A stretch of 60,660 bases of DNA from an uncultured Gammaproteobacteria bacterium. GTDB taxonomy: Bacteria > Patescibacteriota > Patescibacteriia > UBA1558 > 2-01-FULL-52-15. The stretch is taken from the NCBI GenBank assembly GCA_964441335.1, contig CAYTUI010000002.1, positions 1 through 60,660 of the forward strand, written 5' to 3'. Positions 42,364-50,793 of this stretch are shown here, piece after piece (within the stretch, counting starts at the first letter, position 1; each line of letters begins with the position of its first letter). The notes beneath the pieces were generated by a model. It searched no databases, had not been told where the DNA came from, and saw only the letters and a program-made list of their open reading frames with translations. The translations under genes and the position numbers were made by a program.

Positions 42364-43103
42364 TGTTTTGGACTTTCGGAAATAAGAAAATATTTTATAC
42401 CGTTAAGCAGTCAAAGAATAGTCAGACTGACAAGTTGTTTGTGCTGGTGCACGGTATGGGCACTGATCATAACTATCATCTATTGAAATATCTAGCTGGC
42501 TTTTTGCTAAATTACGGCGCGGTTGTAGCGTTTGACTTATCCGGCTATGGTAAGAGCAGTGGAGGGGTAAAAGCCAGAAATGTGGAAATTTTTGTTGCCG
42601 ATCTGACAAAAGTTATTAACAGGTTGAAAAAAGACAGAAGATTTTCAAAGCGCAAAATAATAATCGTTGGGCATAGCTTAGGAGCCTTAGTCACTTTGAT
42701 AAATGCCGCGATTTTTAAATCACGTATAGCGGGCGCAGCAGTTATCGCTTCTAATGCGGAAAGTAACAGGTTATATAAGCAATATTGTGACAGGGGTGAT
42801 ATTCAAGAATATGCCTCTTATAGTTTGTTTAAGCGTCATAAGTTAGCGGCTGATTTCTGGCAGAGTCGTGCTCGTCTGCAACCACTTAAATTAGCTCGTC
42901 AAATTAAGTGCCCGGTTCTATTTATTTACGGACGCAATGACCGGACTAATCCCCCTAGTGAAGGTCAGAAACTTCTGCGGGCAGTTAAATCACCCAAGAA
43001 GCTGGTAATTATTCCCGGAGCCAATCATCATTTTACTAAGACCAAAGAACAGCAGGCCGTTTGGAGCTCTATTAAGCAGTGGTTAAAGATTTATGAAAAG
43101 TAA
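42360..43103 (+). CDS. alpha/beta-fold hydrolase
   Basis: VLVHGMG, GHSLGA nucleophile elbow, and C-terminal D and H (GANHHF). Confidence 0.8.
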   Translation: MMFWTFGNKKIFYTVKQSKNSQTDKLFVLVHGMGTDHNYHLLKYLAGFLLNYGAVVAFDLSGYGKSSGGVKARNVEIFVADLTKVINRLKKDRRFSKRKIIIVGHSLGALVTLINAAIFKSRIAGAAVIASNAESNRLYKQYCDRGDIQEYASYSLFKRHKLAADFWQSRARLQPLKLARQIKCPVLFIYGRNDRTNPPSEGQKLLRAVKSPKKLVIIPGANHHFTKTKEQQAVWSSIKQWLKIYEK

Positions 43104-43530
43104 AGCCAAGAGTCAGATATTATTAATGGATTCGTCTGAAAAGAATCAGCTGTCTTTCAGATTGTTGAGTCAAAATAAAGTTGAGCAGTCTGTCATGAGT
43201 GTTGAGAAATTGGATCAGGAACTTTTGCCTGCTATTGGCGCATTTATGAAATCAAATAAAGTTGCTTTCAAAAATATCCTAGCCCTGGGTGTGGTTAATA
43301 ACGCCGGCAGTTTCGTTAGTCAGAGGATTGCCTTGTCCGTAATTAATACTTTGGGCTGGGTAAATGATATTGTGCTATTTCCTCTGAAACATGAAGTTTA
43401 TCTCAAGATTGATTGGCAGACAGCTTTGATAGCTAGCAGACAGAATGGCAGAGCGCTGGTATTACCGCATTATTTAACCGGACCGACTATTACGCCTAGT
43501 AAGCAACAATATCATTTTAATAGTCGCTAA
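43093..43530 (+). CDS. TsaB-like protein (divergent, tentative)
   Basis: NNAGSFVSQRIALSVINTLGW resembles the GPGSFTGLRIG segment of TsaB; short and degenerate. Confidence 0.4.
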   Translation: MKSKAKSQILLMDSSEKNQLSFRLLSQNKVEQSVMSVEKLDQELLPAIGAFMKSNKVAFKNILALGVVNNAGSFVSQRIALSVINTLGWVNDIVLFPLKHEVYLKIDWQTALIASRQNGRALVLPHYLTGPTITPSKQQYHFNSR

Positions 43531-43562
43531 AATTTGCTATAATAACCAAGTAAGTTATTTCT

Positions 43563-43706
43563 ATGAAGAAGAACGAATATATATTTCAACTAGGTAGCCG
43601 CAAAGCCGATGCTTTATCCGGTTTTATTGCTGGTTTTTTAGTGGGTGCCATTGGAATTTTTGTTTATAGTATTATTGCGCAGGCAAATTTCTTGATTGGT
43701 ATCTAG
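43563..43706 (+). CDS. possible small membrane protein (47 aa)
   Basis: Translated by hand: MKKNEYIFQLGSRKADALSGFIAGFLVGAIGIFVYSIIAQANFLIGI; one TM helix; below the ORF-track cutoff. Confidence 0.3.
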   Translation: MKKNEYIFQLGSRKADALSGFIAGFLVGAIGIFVYSIIAQANFLIGI

Positions 43707-43795
43707 TTTGTCTTAATTTGTTAACGAAATGAAGCAGGTTAGCCTGTTTTTTTGTTATTTGCAATATTCATCCAAATATATCGTAATAATGGGGA

Positions 43796-43831
43796 TGGTT
43801 GACCACGCTGCTCGCGAGCGGCGTGGTTGAC
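43796..43831. repeat. 20-nt GC-rich palindromic insert flanked by an 8-bp direct repeat TGGTTGAC
   Basis: TGGTTGAC (43796-43803), CACGCTGCTCGCGAGCGGCG, TGGTTGAC (43824-43831); shares GCTCGCGAGCGGCG with 36132-36155. Confidence 0.8.
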
Positions 43832-43855
43832 TCAATGGCAAATGTGGTGTAAAAT
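43827..43855 (+). promoter_or_regulatory. putative dcw (mraZ) promoter
   Basis: TTGACT, a 17-nt spacer, TAAAAT. Confidence 0.5.
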
Positions 43856-43866
43856 GGTATTAGAGG

Positions 43867-43913
43867 GTGATAAGTGGATAAAAGTGGGGATAAGTAAACT
43901 CATCTGTGGATAA
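43867..43913 (+). promoter_or_regulatory. GTG(G)ATAA direct repeats, candidate MraZ boxes
   Basis: GTGATAA, GTGGATAA, GTGGGGATAA and GTGGATAA at 43867, 43874, 43884 and 43906, between the promoter and the mraZ ATG. Confidence 0.4.
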
Positions 43914-43917
43914 CTTT

Positions 43918-44349
43918 ATGTTTATAGGAGAATACCGACACGCCTTAGACGACAAAAATAGACTAGCTGTTCCGATCAAATTTAGGACCAGATTAGCCAA
44001 AGGAGCGGTTATCACCAGAGGACTGGATAACTGTTTGTTTATTTATACTAAAGAGGAGTGGGCTAAGCTGTCCGAAAAGATTTCCGCTTTACCTCTAGCG
44101 CAGGCCAAATCAAGAGCTTTTAGCCGATTGATGCTAGCCGGGGCTATGGAAGTTGTTTTGGATAAGCAGGGACGAGTAGTAGTGCCTGATTATCTGAAAC
44201 AATTTGCCGGTTTTGACAAGAATGTAGTGATAGCCGGTTTGCTCAATCGCTTAGAAATTTGGAACGAGGATGTCTGGATTAAGTATAAGACAGTTACCGA
44301 GGAGAATAGTAATGAAATTGCCGAGAACCTTTCAGAATTAGGGATCTAA
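43918..44349 (+). CDS. mraZ: transcriptional regulator MraZ
   Basis: MFIGEYRHALDDKNRLAVP and a second DKQGRVVVP SpoVT/AbrB-like half; the ATG at 43918 is preferred over GTG 43906. Confidence 0.93.
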   Translation: MFIGEYRHALDDKNRLAVPIKFRTRLAKGAVITRGLDNCLFIYTKEEWAKLSEKISALPLAQAKSRAFSRLMLAGAMEVVLDKQGRVVVPDYLKQFAGFDKNVVIAGLLNRLEIWNEDVWIKYKTVTEENSNEIAENLSELGI

Positions 44350-44350
44350 T

Positions 44351-44392
44351 AGCTTATAGCTTATAGCTTATAGCTTATAGCTTATAGCTGAT
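44351..44392 (+). repeat. heptamer tandem repeat (AGCTTAT)x5 plus AGCTGAT
   Basis: Read directly from the sequence; starts 2 nt after the mraZ stop. Confidence 0.95.
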
Positions 44393-44402
44393 AGTTGCGA
44401 TT

Positions 44403-45344
44403 ATGATGAAGACTGTTCACAAACCTGTTCTTTTGAAAGAAGTTATTGACTATTTGGATGTTCGGCCGGACAGAAATTACATTGACGGAACAATAGGTGG
44501 AGGAGGACATGCAGAAGCCATTTTACATAACAATGGACCCCACGGCTTACTTCTGGGACTAGACGCAGATCAACAGGCAATCGCCAGGTCAGGTCAACGC
44601 CTACAGAAATATGGCTCGCGGGTTATATTGCAAAATAAAAATTACAAACAAATAACAGAACTTACCCATGCTATACCTAACAGCTTTTCAGCTCACGGTA
44701 TTTTACTTGACCTTGGCCTATCATCAGATCAACTAGAGAACGGAGGACGCGGTTTTTCTTTTGCTGATTCTAAACCTCTGGATATGAGGTTTGATCAATC
44801 ACAGGAGATGACCGCGGACCAGGTCATTAGAAACTGGCCAGAAGAGAAATTGGAGAAAATTTTTAGGGAATACGGTGAAATTAGACAAGCCAGAAAGTTA
44901 GCCAAAGCCATAGTTCATTTCAGGCAAAATTATATTGATAGCGAATTGTCAGCAGCTGATTTCGCGGCCGAGATTGTGAAAGTTATACCGCGCGGCAAGA
45001 GTAAGATTCATCCGGCCACCCAAGTTTTCCAAGCACTGCGCATCGCTGTGAATGATGAACTGGAAGGATTAAAAGCATTTTTACCCCAGGCCGTTGATAT
45101 TTTAGAGAAAAGGGGACGCTTGGTGATAATTTCCTTTCATTCATTAGAGGATAGGATTGTAAAGAATTTTTTTAGAGAAGAATCTAGAGACTGTATTTGT
45201 CCGTTGGAAATTCCCGTTTGTCGCTGTAATCATCACGCTCGTTTAAAAATTTTAACCAAGAAACCACTCAAGGCTAGCTTAGCAGAGCTTAAAGACAATC
45301 CACGTTGTCGTAGCGCGCTTCTCCGTGCCGCCGAGCGGCTCTAA
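44403..45344 (+). CDS. rsmH: 16S rRNA (cytosine1402-N4)-methyltransferase
   Basis: HKPVLLKEV, DGTIGGGGHA and SFHSLEDRIVK. Confidence 0.96.
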   Translation: MMKTVHKPVLLKEVIDYLDVRPDRNYIDGTIGGGGHAEAILHNNGPHGLLLGLDADQQAIARSGQRLQKYGSRVILQNKNYKQITELTHAIPNSFSAHGILLDLGLSSDQLENGGRGFSFADSKPLDMRFDQSQEMTADQVIRNWPEEKLEKIFREYGEIRQARKLAKAIVHFRQNYIDSELSAADFAAEIVKVIPRGKSKIHPATQVFQALRIAVNDELEGLKAFLPQAVDILEKRGRLVIISFHSLEDRIVKNFFREESRDCICPLEIPVCRCNHHARLKILTKKPLKASLAELKDNPRCRSALLRAAERL

Positions 45345-45355
45345 CACCTTGCCCC

Positions 45356-45404
45356 CATTACACATTACCCATTACCCATTACCAATTACTAATTACTCAT
45401 AACA
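45356..45404 (+). repeat. degenerate heptamer array (CATTACC family)
   Basis: cattaca cattacc cattacc cattacc aattact aattact cataaca. Confidence 0.9.
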
Positions 45405-45415
45405 AACCCTCACCC

Positions 45416-45727
45416 ATGCTTCAAACAAAAAACAAAAACAAAAATAGTCGCTGGTTCGCAATAAATGTCGCTTTACTAATTTTGCTCATCACATCATTCT
45501 TAACCCGTTTGATTTTTTCAAATTTTGCCGCCAACCAGACTTATGAGCTGACTAGCTATACCAAAAATCTTAAAGACGCTAGGACTCAAAATGAGCAGTT
45601 AATTTTAGCCTCTACAGAACTACAATCCATGGATCGCCTGATAAATGATAGTACTCGATTGAATCTGGTTAAAGTCGCTACAGTTTATTATCTTAAATCC
45701 CAAGGATCAGTTGCCATTAACAAATAA
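45416..45727 (+). CDS. ftsL: cell division protein FtsL-like
   Basis: Small single-TM protein with a coiled coil, located between rsmH and ftsI (call rests on synteny). Confidence 0.6.
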   Translation: MLQTKNKNKNSRWFAINVALLILLITSFLTRLIFSNFAANQTYELTSYTKNLKDARTQNEQLILASTELQSMDRLINDSTRLNLVKVATVYYLKSQGSVAINK

Positions 45728-45732
45728 CAATT

Positions 45733-47466
45733 ATGATGTATGGCGCGGATTGGTCCAATCATCGTCTAATTGATAAGCGGCTTAAATTTTTCAGCTTATT
45801 CATGACACTGCTTTTTGCCTCAATAATTCTGAGGCTTTTTTGGTTACAGGTCATGGCTCACGAGTATTACCAAGATTTAGCGGATAAACAGCATCTTAGT
45901 AATACCGAAGTTTTGGCTAAAAGGGGCGAAATATTTGCTCGTGATCATACCAATAATGAACAAACCGACCTTTATCCACTGGCAACCAATAAGGTTTATT
46001 ACGAGGTTTATGTCAATCCTGCGGAAATAACCAAACCGCAAAATACCGTGGACTCGTTAGCTGGCGCTTTGAGTCTGGACGCTACCAGTATTGTGGAGCG
46101 CGTTCAGAAGGTGGGGGATGTCTATGAACCGATTAAGCATAAAGTCACCGACAAAGAGCTGGAGCAAGTCAAAAAAATTGATTTACCCGGAATTTATTGG
46201 AAAGAAGAAGTTTGGCGCTATTACCCGGATAAAGAAGTTGGTAGTCATTTGCTTGGTTTTTTTGGCTATCAGGATAACGCTAAGCAGGGTAAGTACGGTT
46301 TAGAAGGTTATTGGAATGATACTTTGTCAGGTACCAGTATTAGCGCGGTGGTTAATAGGACAGGCGGAGGAAATGTTATGGCTTTGGATTCGCTGGGATT
46401 GGATGGGGGATTGGATGGCTCCAGCCTGGTTCTGACAATTGACAGAACTATTCAATATGAAGCCTGTAAACAGTTGGATCGCGCGGCCATAACTTATGGC
46501 TCAAGAGATGGCTCATTGATGATTATGGAGCCAAAGACCGGCAGAATTTTGGCCATGTGCAATACGCCGGGCTTTGATCCCAACGATTACAATTTAATTG
46601 ACGACGTCAAGGTTTATAACAATAACGCCGTTTATGAAGCCTATGAGCCGGGCTCTGTCTTTAAGGCGCTGGCCATGGCGATTGCCATTGATGATCATAA
46701 AGTAACACCCGCTACCACTTACGAAGATACCGGTTCAGTTAAATTTGGAAATTTTGAAGTTAAAAATGCGGATCTTTTGGCGCATGGTACCCAGACTATG
46801 ACGCAGGTGATAGAAAAGTCTTTGAACACAGGAATAATTTTTGCTACCCAGGGAGTTTCCAATACTACTTTCAGGAAATATATGGAGGATTTTGGTTTTG
46901 GAAAAAAATATGACCTTCATTTAGATCAGATTTCAACCGGTAATATCAGTCCTTTAAGTAATCACGGCGATATTAATAAAGCCACAGCCTCTTATGGACA
47001 AGGAATTACCGCTACTGTTTTGCAGATAACTGCAGCAATCAACGCCATTGCCAATGGCGGGTTATTAATGGAACCGTATATTGTTGAGGAGATTATTAGC
47101 CCAACCGGAGAACATACGAAAACTGAACCCAAAGCATTACGGCAGGTGATTCGTTCTGAAACAGCCAGTCAAGTTGGTGCTATGATGGTTAGCGCTGTGG
47201 ATAATGGACACACCAAAAAAGCCGGAGTTGATGGTTACTATATTGCGGGGAAAACTGGCACAGCTCAAGTACCTGAAAATGGAGTTTATACCGCCAAAAC
47301 AATTCATACGTTGGTAGGTTTTGGACCGATTAGCAATCCGAAATTTACCATGGTTATTAAACTGTATAATCCCAATGCCATGTACGCTGAAAGTACTGCG
47401 GCGCCACTGTTCGGAAGTTTGGCTAAATTTTTAATAAGTTATTATCAGGTACCGCCCGAGCGATAG
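45733..47466 (+). CDS. ftsI: class B penicillin-binding protein (FtsI/PBP2-type transpeptidase)
   Basis: N-terminal TM; SVFK (SxxK), SLN (SxN) and KTGTA motifs. Confidence 0.92.
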   Translation: MMYGADWSNHRLIDKRLKFFSLFMTLLFASIILRLFWLQVMAHEYYQDLADKQHLSNTEVLAKRGEIFARDHTNNEQTDLYPLATNKVYYEVYVNPAEITKPQNTVDSLAGALSLDATSIVERVQKVGDVYEPIKHKVTDKELEQVKKIDLPGIYWKEEVWRYYPDKEVGSHLLGFFGYQDNAKQGKYGLEGYWNDTLSGTSISAVVNRTGGGNVMALDSLGLDGGLDGSSLVLTIDRTIQYEACKQLDRAAITYGSRDGSLMIMEPKTGRILAMCNTPGFDPNDYNLIDDVKVYNNNAVYEAYEPGSVFKALAMAIAIDDHKVTPATTYEDTGSVKFGNFEVKNADLLAHGTQTMTQVIEKSLNTGIIFATQGVSNTTFRKYMEDFGFGKKYDLHLDQISTGNISPLSNHGDINKATASYGQGITATVLQITAAINAIANGGLLMEPYIVEEIISPTGEHTKTEPKALRQVIRSETASQVGAMMVSAVDNGHTKKAGVDGYYIAGKTGTAQVPENGVYTAKTIHTLVGFGPISNPKFTMVIKLYNPNAMYAESTAAPLFGSLAKFLISYYQVPPER

Positions 47467-47572
47467 CCGTTTTTGGTTAGCCATTGTATACTTTAGTTAG
47501 CTTATAGCTAATAGCTTATAGTTCCTTCGTTCTTCGGTTCTTTAGTCCCTCGGTTCTTTTGTTCTTCGCTTC

Positions 47573-47645
47573 CTCACTCCTCATTACTCATAACCCATTA
47601 CCCATTACCCATTACCCATTACTCATTACTCATAACTCATAACTC
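47573..47645 (+). repeat. degenerate heptamer array running into the murF start codon
   Basis: ctcactc ctcatta ctcataa cccatta x4 ctcatta ctcataa x2 ctc, then ATG. Confidence 0.9.
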
Positions 47646-48926
47646 ATGAAACGAACCATCCTAATTAAAATACTCCATTGGTTATCCAGCCGGGTAATTA
47701 ATAAATATAAACCTCTGGTCATTGGAATTACCGGCAGTGTTGGTAAAACCTCAACCAAAGAGGCGATAGCTCAAGTCCTGGAGTCGTCATTTTCAGTCAG
47801 GAAGACCGGTAAGAACTATAATAACGAGTTAGGCGTGCCTTTGACCATTTTGGGCTATCCTAGCGCTAATAGGAGCCTCTGGGGCTGGGTTAAGATACTA
47901 TTGGGTGGATTTAGTCTCTTAATTAGTAAACGTAGCTATCCTAGTGTTCTGGTTTTAGAGCTGGGTGCTGATCGGCTGGGTGACATTGCTTATTTAACCA
48001 GTTTAACCAAGCCTAAAATTGGTGTCTTGACCGCTCTGGGGCCGTCTCATTTGGAATACTTTGGGTCTTTAGAAAATATAGTTAAAGAAAAAAGTCAGTT
48101 GCTGTTAGGACTGCCCAAAGACGGCACTGCTATTTTAAATCATGATGATCCACTGGTTGCGACTTTAGTAGGTAGGTCGCAGGCTACAACAATAACCTAT
48201 GGTTTTTTGTTAGGCTCTGATTTGCAGGCTGATGATTTCAAAATAAGTGAAGTTGATGGTCGGTTAGGAATTAGTTTTAAGGTTTCCTATCTAGGCAATA
48301 AAATTCCGGTATTTATTGCAGGAGTTTTAGGCAAGCAACAGGCCAGTGCGGCTCTGGCAGCCTTGGCAGTTTCCACTGTAATGAACGTTAGTTTATTGGA
48401 TGCAGTTCAAAGGTTAAGAAATTTTCAACCTGTGCTCGGCAGAATGAATATGATAAATGGCATTAAGAACAGTTTATTGATTGATGATACATATAATTCT
48501 TCCCCACAGTCGGCCAAAGCGGCTATTGAGGTTTTAAGTCATCTTAAAGAGCGATTTCCTGCCGGTGTTATCATAGCCCTGGGAGATATGCTGGAACTTG
48601 GTCAATATTCAAAAATCGGACATCAAGAAGTCGGCCGAGCAGTGGCCGCATTTAATCCCCAATATTTAGTCACAGTTGGAACACTATCTAAAGACACTGC
48701 CGAAGCCGCCCGGCAGGCAGGTATGCCGGCTGACAGGATTTTTTCTTTTGATGACGTGTCTAAAGCAGGTAAATATATTCAAAGTATCATGCCGCCACAA
48801 AGTTTAATTTTGATCAAAGGTTCGCAAGGAATTAGGATGGAGAAAATTGTGAAGGAGTTGATGGCAGAACCTTTACGAGCTACAGAACTTTTGGTCAGGC
48901 AGACGGGGGAGTGGGCTGATAGATAG
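47646..48926 (+). CDS. murF: UDP-N-acetylmuramoyl-tripeptide--D-alanyl-D-alanine ligase
   Basis: GITGSVGKTSTKE P-loop, Mur ligase middle and C-terminal domain patterns (DDTYNSSP). Confidence 0.92.
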   Translation: MKRTILIKILHWLSSRVINKYKPLVIGITGSVGKTSTKEAIAQVLESSFSVRKTGKNYNNELGVPLTILGYPSANRSLWGWVKILLGGFSLLISKRSYPSVLVLELGADRLGDIAYLTSLTKPKIGVLTALGPSHLEYFGSLENIVKEKSQLLLGLPKDGTAILNHDDPLVATLVGRSQATTITYGFLLGSDLQADDFKISEVDGRLGISFKVSYLGNKIPVFIAGVLGKQQASAALAALAVSTVMNVSLLDAVQRLRNFQPVLGRMNMINGIKNSLLIDDTYNSSPQSAKAAIEVLSHLKERFPAGVIIALGDMLELGQYSKIGHQEVGRAVAAFNPQYLVTVGTLSKDTAEAARQAGMPADRIFSFDDVSKAGKYIQSIMPPQSLILIKGSQGIRMEKIVKELMAEPLRATELLVRQTGEWADR

Positions 48927-49022
48927 CTTGTGGCTGGTAGCTCGTAGTCGGTGGAAAATTCGTCAGTTGGCTGGCGATTTTTTTGAACAAAAAAAATCTA
49001 TCATTCAGATAAGCTCCTTTTC

Positions 49023-49060
49023 CTAATTACCAATTACTAATTACTAATTACTAACTCCTC
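49023..49060. repeat. degenerate heptamer array (CTAATTA family)
   Basis: ctaatta ccaatta ctaatta ctaatta ctaactc ctc, abutting the tRNA 3' end. Confidence 0.85.
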
Positions 49061-49061
49061 A

Positions 49062-49136
49062 TGGTGACCCCACCGGGAATCGAACCCGGATTGCCAGGAT
49101 GAGAACCTGGTGTCCTAACCGTTAGACGATGGGGCC
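49062..49136 (-). tRNA. tRNA-Glu (anticodon CUC), CCA encoded
   Basis: The reverse complement folds as a cloverleaf: acceptor GGCCCCA/TGGGGTC, anticodon stem CCAGG/CCTGG with loop TTCTCAT, T-arm CCGGG-TTCGATT-CCCGG, 3' ACCA. Confidence 0.9.
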
Positions 49137-49217
49137 TAAATGACCGTTAACATTTAACAATTAACGGGTAACGGCTTGAGGATACCGTATTTTGGAAAAA
49201 TCTTCAAGAAAATGATT

Positions 49218-49247
49218 GGGCCCCCGTAGCTTGTCGCTAGGGGGCCC
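49218..49247 (-). terminator. GC-rich hairpin downstream of the 72-aa gene
   Basis: GGGCCCCC-14 nt-GGGGGCCC, a perfect 8-bp stem; the trailing T-run is weak. Confidence 0.5.
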
Positions 49248-49252
49248 AAAGG

Positions 49253-49471
49253 TCACTGGCACCAGTCTTCGTCGCCGAAGGCCTCGAGTTGCACACCGAG
49301 GCTATCGAGCGAACTGCCACCAGGCAGATCCCTCATGATCTGCTTGAGCTCGCAGATCTGAAGCTCCAGACTGGCGATTTTGTCCGCCCGTCTGTTGGAT
49401 TCGTGGGCCCGAACTTGGACCCCGATGACGATTCCAACCAGGAACACGAGGATCAAATAGACTGCCCTCAC
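49253..49471 (-). CDS. hypothetical small membrane protein (72 aa), GC-rich orphan
   Basis: GTG start 7 nt after GAAGGAGGG; one N-terminal TM then a coiled-coil-like segment; own promoter and hairpin. Confidence 0.55.
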   Translation of the reverse strand: MRAVYLILVFLVGIVIGVQVRAHESNRRADKIASLELQICELKQIMRDLPGGSSLDSLGVQLEAFGDEDWCQ

Positions 49472-49512
49472 GCTTGTACCCTCCTTCTTTGTTTAGGCAT
49501 TAAGGCTGTAAT

Positions 49513-49541
49513 ATTGTATCATGTTTTACTATTTTTGTCAA
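49513..49541 (-). promoter_or_regulatory. near-consensus sigma70 promoter (TTGACA-17-TACAAT)
   Basis: Minus strand: TTGACA (49541-49536), a 17-nt spacer, TACAAT (49518-49513). Confidence 0.6.
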
Positions 49542-49621
49542 TCATTGAGAAATCGGCCATAAATAAGCTATTTTATCTACAAAACTTGATAGTAGTAAGT
49601 AATCCTGATATCCTTAATTTT

Positions 49622-50308
49622 ATGCCTGATCAAAAAAATCTTAAGCATTTGGGAATAATTCCTGATGGAAACCGCCGGTGGGCCAAAAGTCATGGTTTGT
49701 CTTCATTAAAGGGTCATGAAAAGGGTTCTGATATTATAGAGCCGATCTGCCAGCAAGCCTTTGAACTGGGTGTGGAGACAGTTAGTATTTGGGTATTTTC
49801 CACTGAAAATTGGAACCGGGCAGTTGAAGAGGTCTCTTATTTAATGGGTATGTTCAATAAGTTATTGAAAACCGAGTCTGTAAAGCTTCATAAAAAGGAT
49901 ATCAGGTTATTGGTCAGCGGTAGTCGTGAGCGTTTATCAGCTGACCTGGTTAGAGCTATTGAAGAGGCTGAAAATTTAACAAAAGGTAATTCTAAAGGTA
50001 CAATCAACTTGTGTTTAAATTACGGTGGTCAGCAAGAGATTATTGATGCCGTCAATAAGTTAATGGCTTCCTGTAAGTCCAAAATTACTAAAGAAGATGT
50101 GACCGAGAATCTTTATCATAAACTACCGCCGGTGGATTTGATTATTAGAACTTCAGGCGAACAGCGTTTGTCGGGATTTATGTCCTGGTCAGGAGGGTAT
50201 AGCGAGCTGTATTTTGTGGACAAGCATTGGCCGGATTTTTTACCGCAAGACATAGTTAGAGCCGTTGAAGAGTTTAATAATAAGCAAAGACGTTTCGGCG
50301 GAAATTAA
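49622..50308 (+). CDS. uppS: undecaprenyl diphosphate synthase
   Basis: GIIPDGNRRWAK and RTSGEQRLSGFMSW motifs; the ATG at 49622 is preferred because the ORF-track extension from 49289 is antisense to the 72-aa gene. Confidence 0.92.
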   Translation: MPDQKNLKHLGIIPDGNRRWAKSHGLSSLKGHEKGSDIIEPICQQAFELGVETVSIWVFSTENWNRAVEEVSYLMGMFNKLLKTESVKLHKKDIRLLVSGSRERLSADLVRAIEEAENLTKGNSKGTINLCLNYGGQQEIIDAVNKLMASCKSKITKEDVTENLYHKLPPVDLIIRTSGEQRLSGFMSWSGGYSELYFVDKHWPDFLPQDIVRAVEEFNNKQRRFGGN

Positions 50309-50380
50309 TTGATATTATTTTACGACGCTGGAGATTGAGGCAAACGTTTTCATCAAGTTTAATTGACTTAAGTTAAATTT

Positions 50381-50698
50381 ATGACGCCAGAAAGATGGGA
50401 GCAAATTAAAGTCATGGTTAGGAGTCAATTTGAGGTTTTGGATGAATATACTGAAGATTTGGAACCTGGTAACGCCGAAGTGTTGGAGTTTGTTTCACCA
50501 GCCGGACAATTGAAAGTCAGTTTTATTACCAGGCCAAAAGTGACTGATAAAAAGACCAATTATTCCCACCGGGTTGGTTCAGATGTAAAAGTTGACTATG
50601 TTTTCTCTGATACAGAACAGACTCATCACCTGGAAGTACAAAAATGGAATGAAGCAAAAAACAGCTGGGATGATTTTTCCACCGACGGACTGTTCTAA
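50381..50698 (+). CDS. hypothetical protein (105 aa)
   Basis: ORF with globular composition; no motif recognised. Confidence 0.5.
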   Translation: MTPERWEQIKVMVRSQFEVLDEYTEDLEPGNAEVLEFVSPAGQLKVSFITRPKVTDKKTNYSHRVGSDVKVDYVFSDTEQTHHLEVQKWNEAKNSWDDFSTDGLF

Positions 50699-50734
50699 GC
50701 CGTCTTTTTTTGTTATAATATACTATGTTATCAA

Positions 50735-50776
50735 CTACTAGCTACAGGCTACTTGCTACTAGCTACCGGCTAATAA
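50735..50776 (+). repeat. degenerate heptamer array (CTACNNG)
   Basis: ctactag ctacagg ctacttg ctactag ctaccgg ctaataa. Confidence 0.85.
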
Positions 50777-50793
50777 TGGAAGGAGGTGTATAA

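Noticed and set aside
44351-47645. Heptamer arrays considered as CRISPR arrays
   Set aside because: The units are 7 nt with no unique spacers between them and no cas genes in the window. They are tandem microsatellite-like repeats.
49289-49621. 111-codon N-terminal extension of uppS in the ORF track
   Set aside because: The extension is antisense to the GC-rich 72-aa gene and has no UppS homology. The conserved UppS N-terminus starts at the ATG at 49622.
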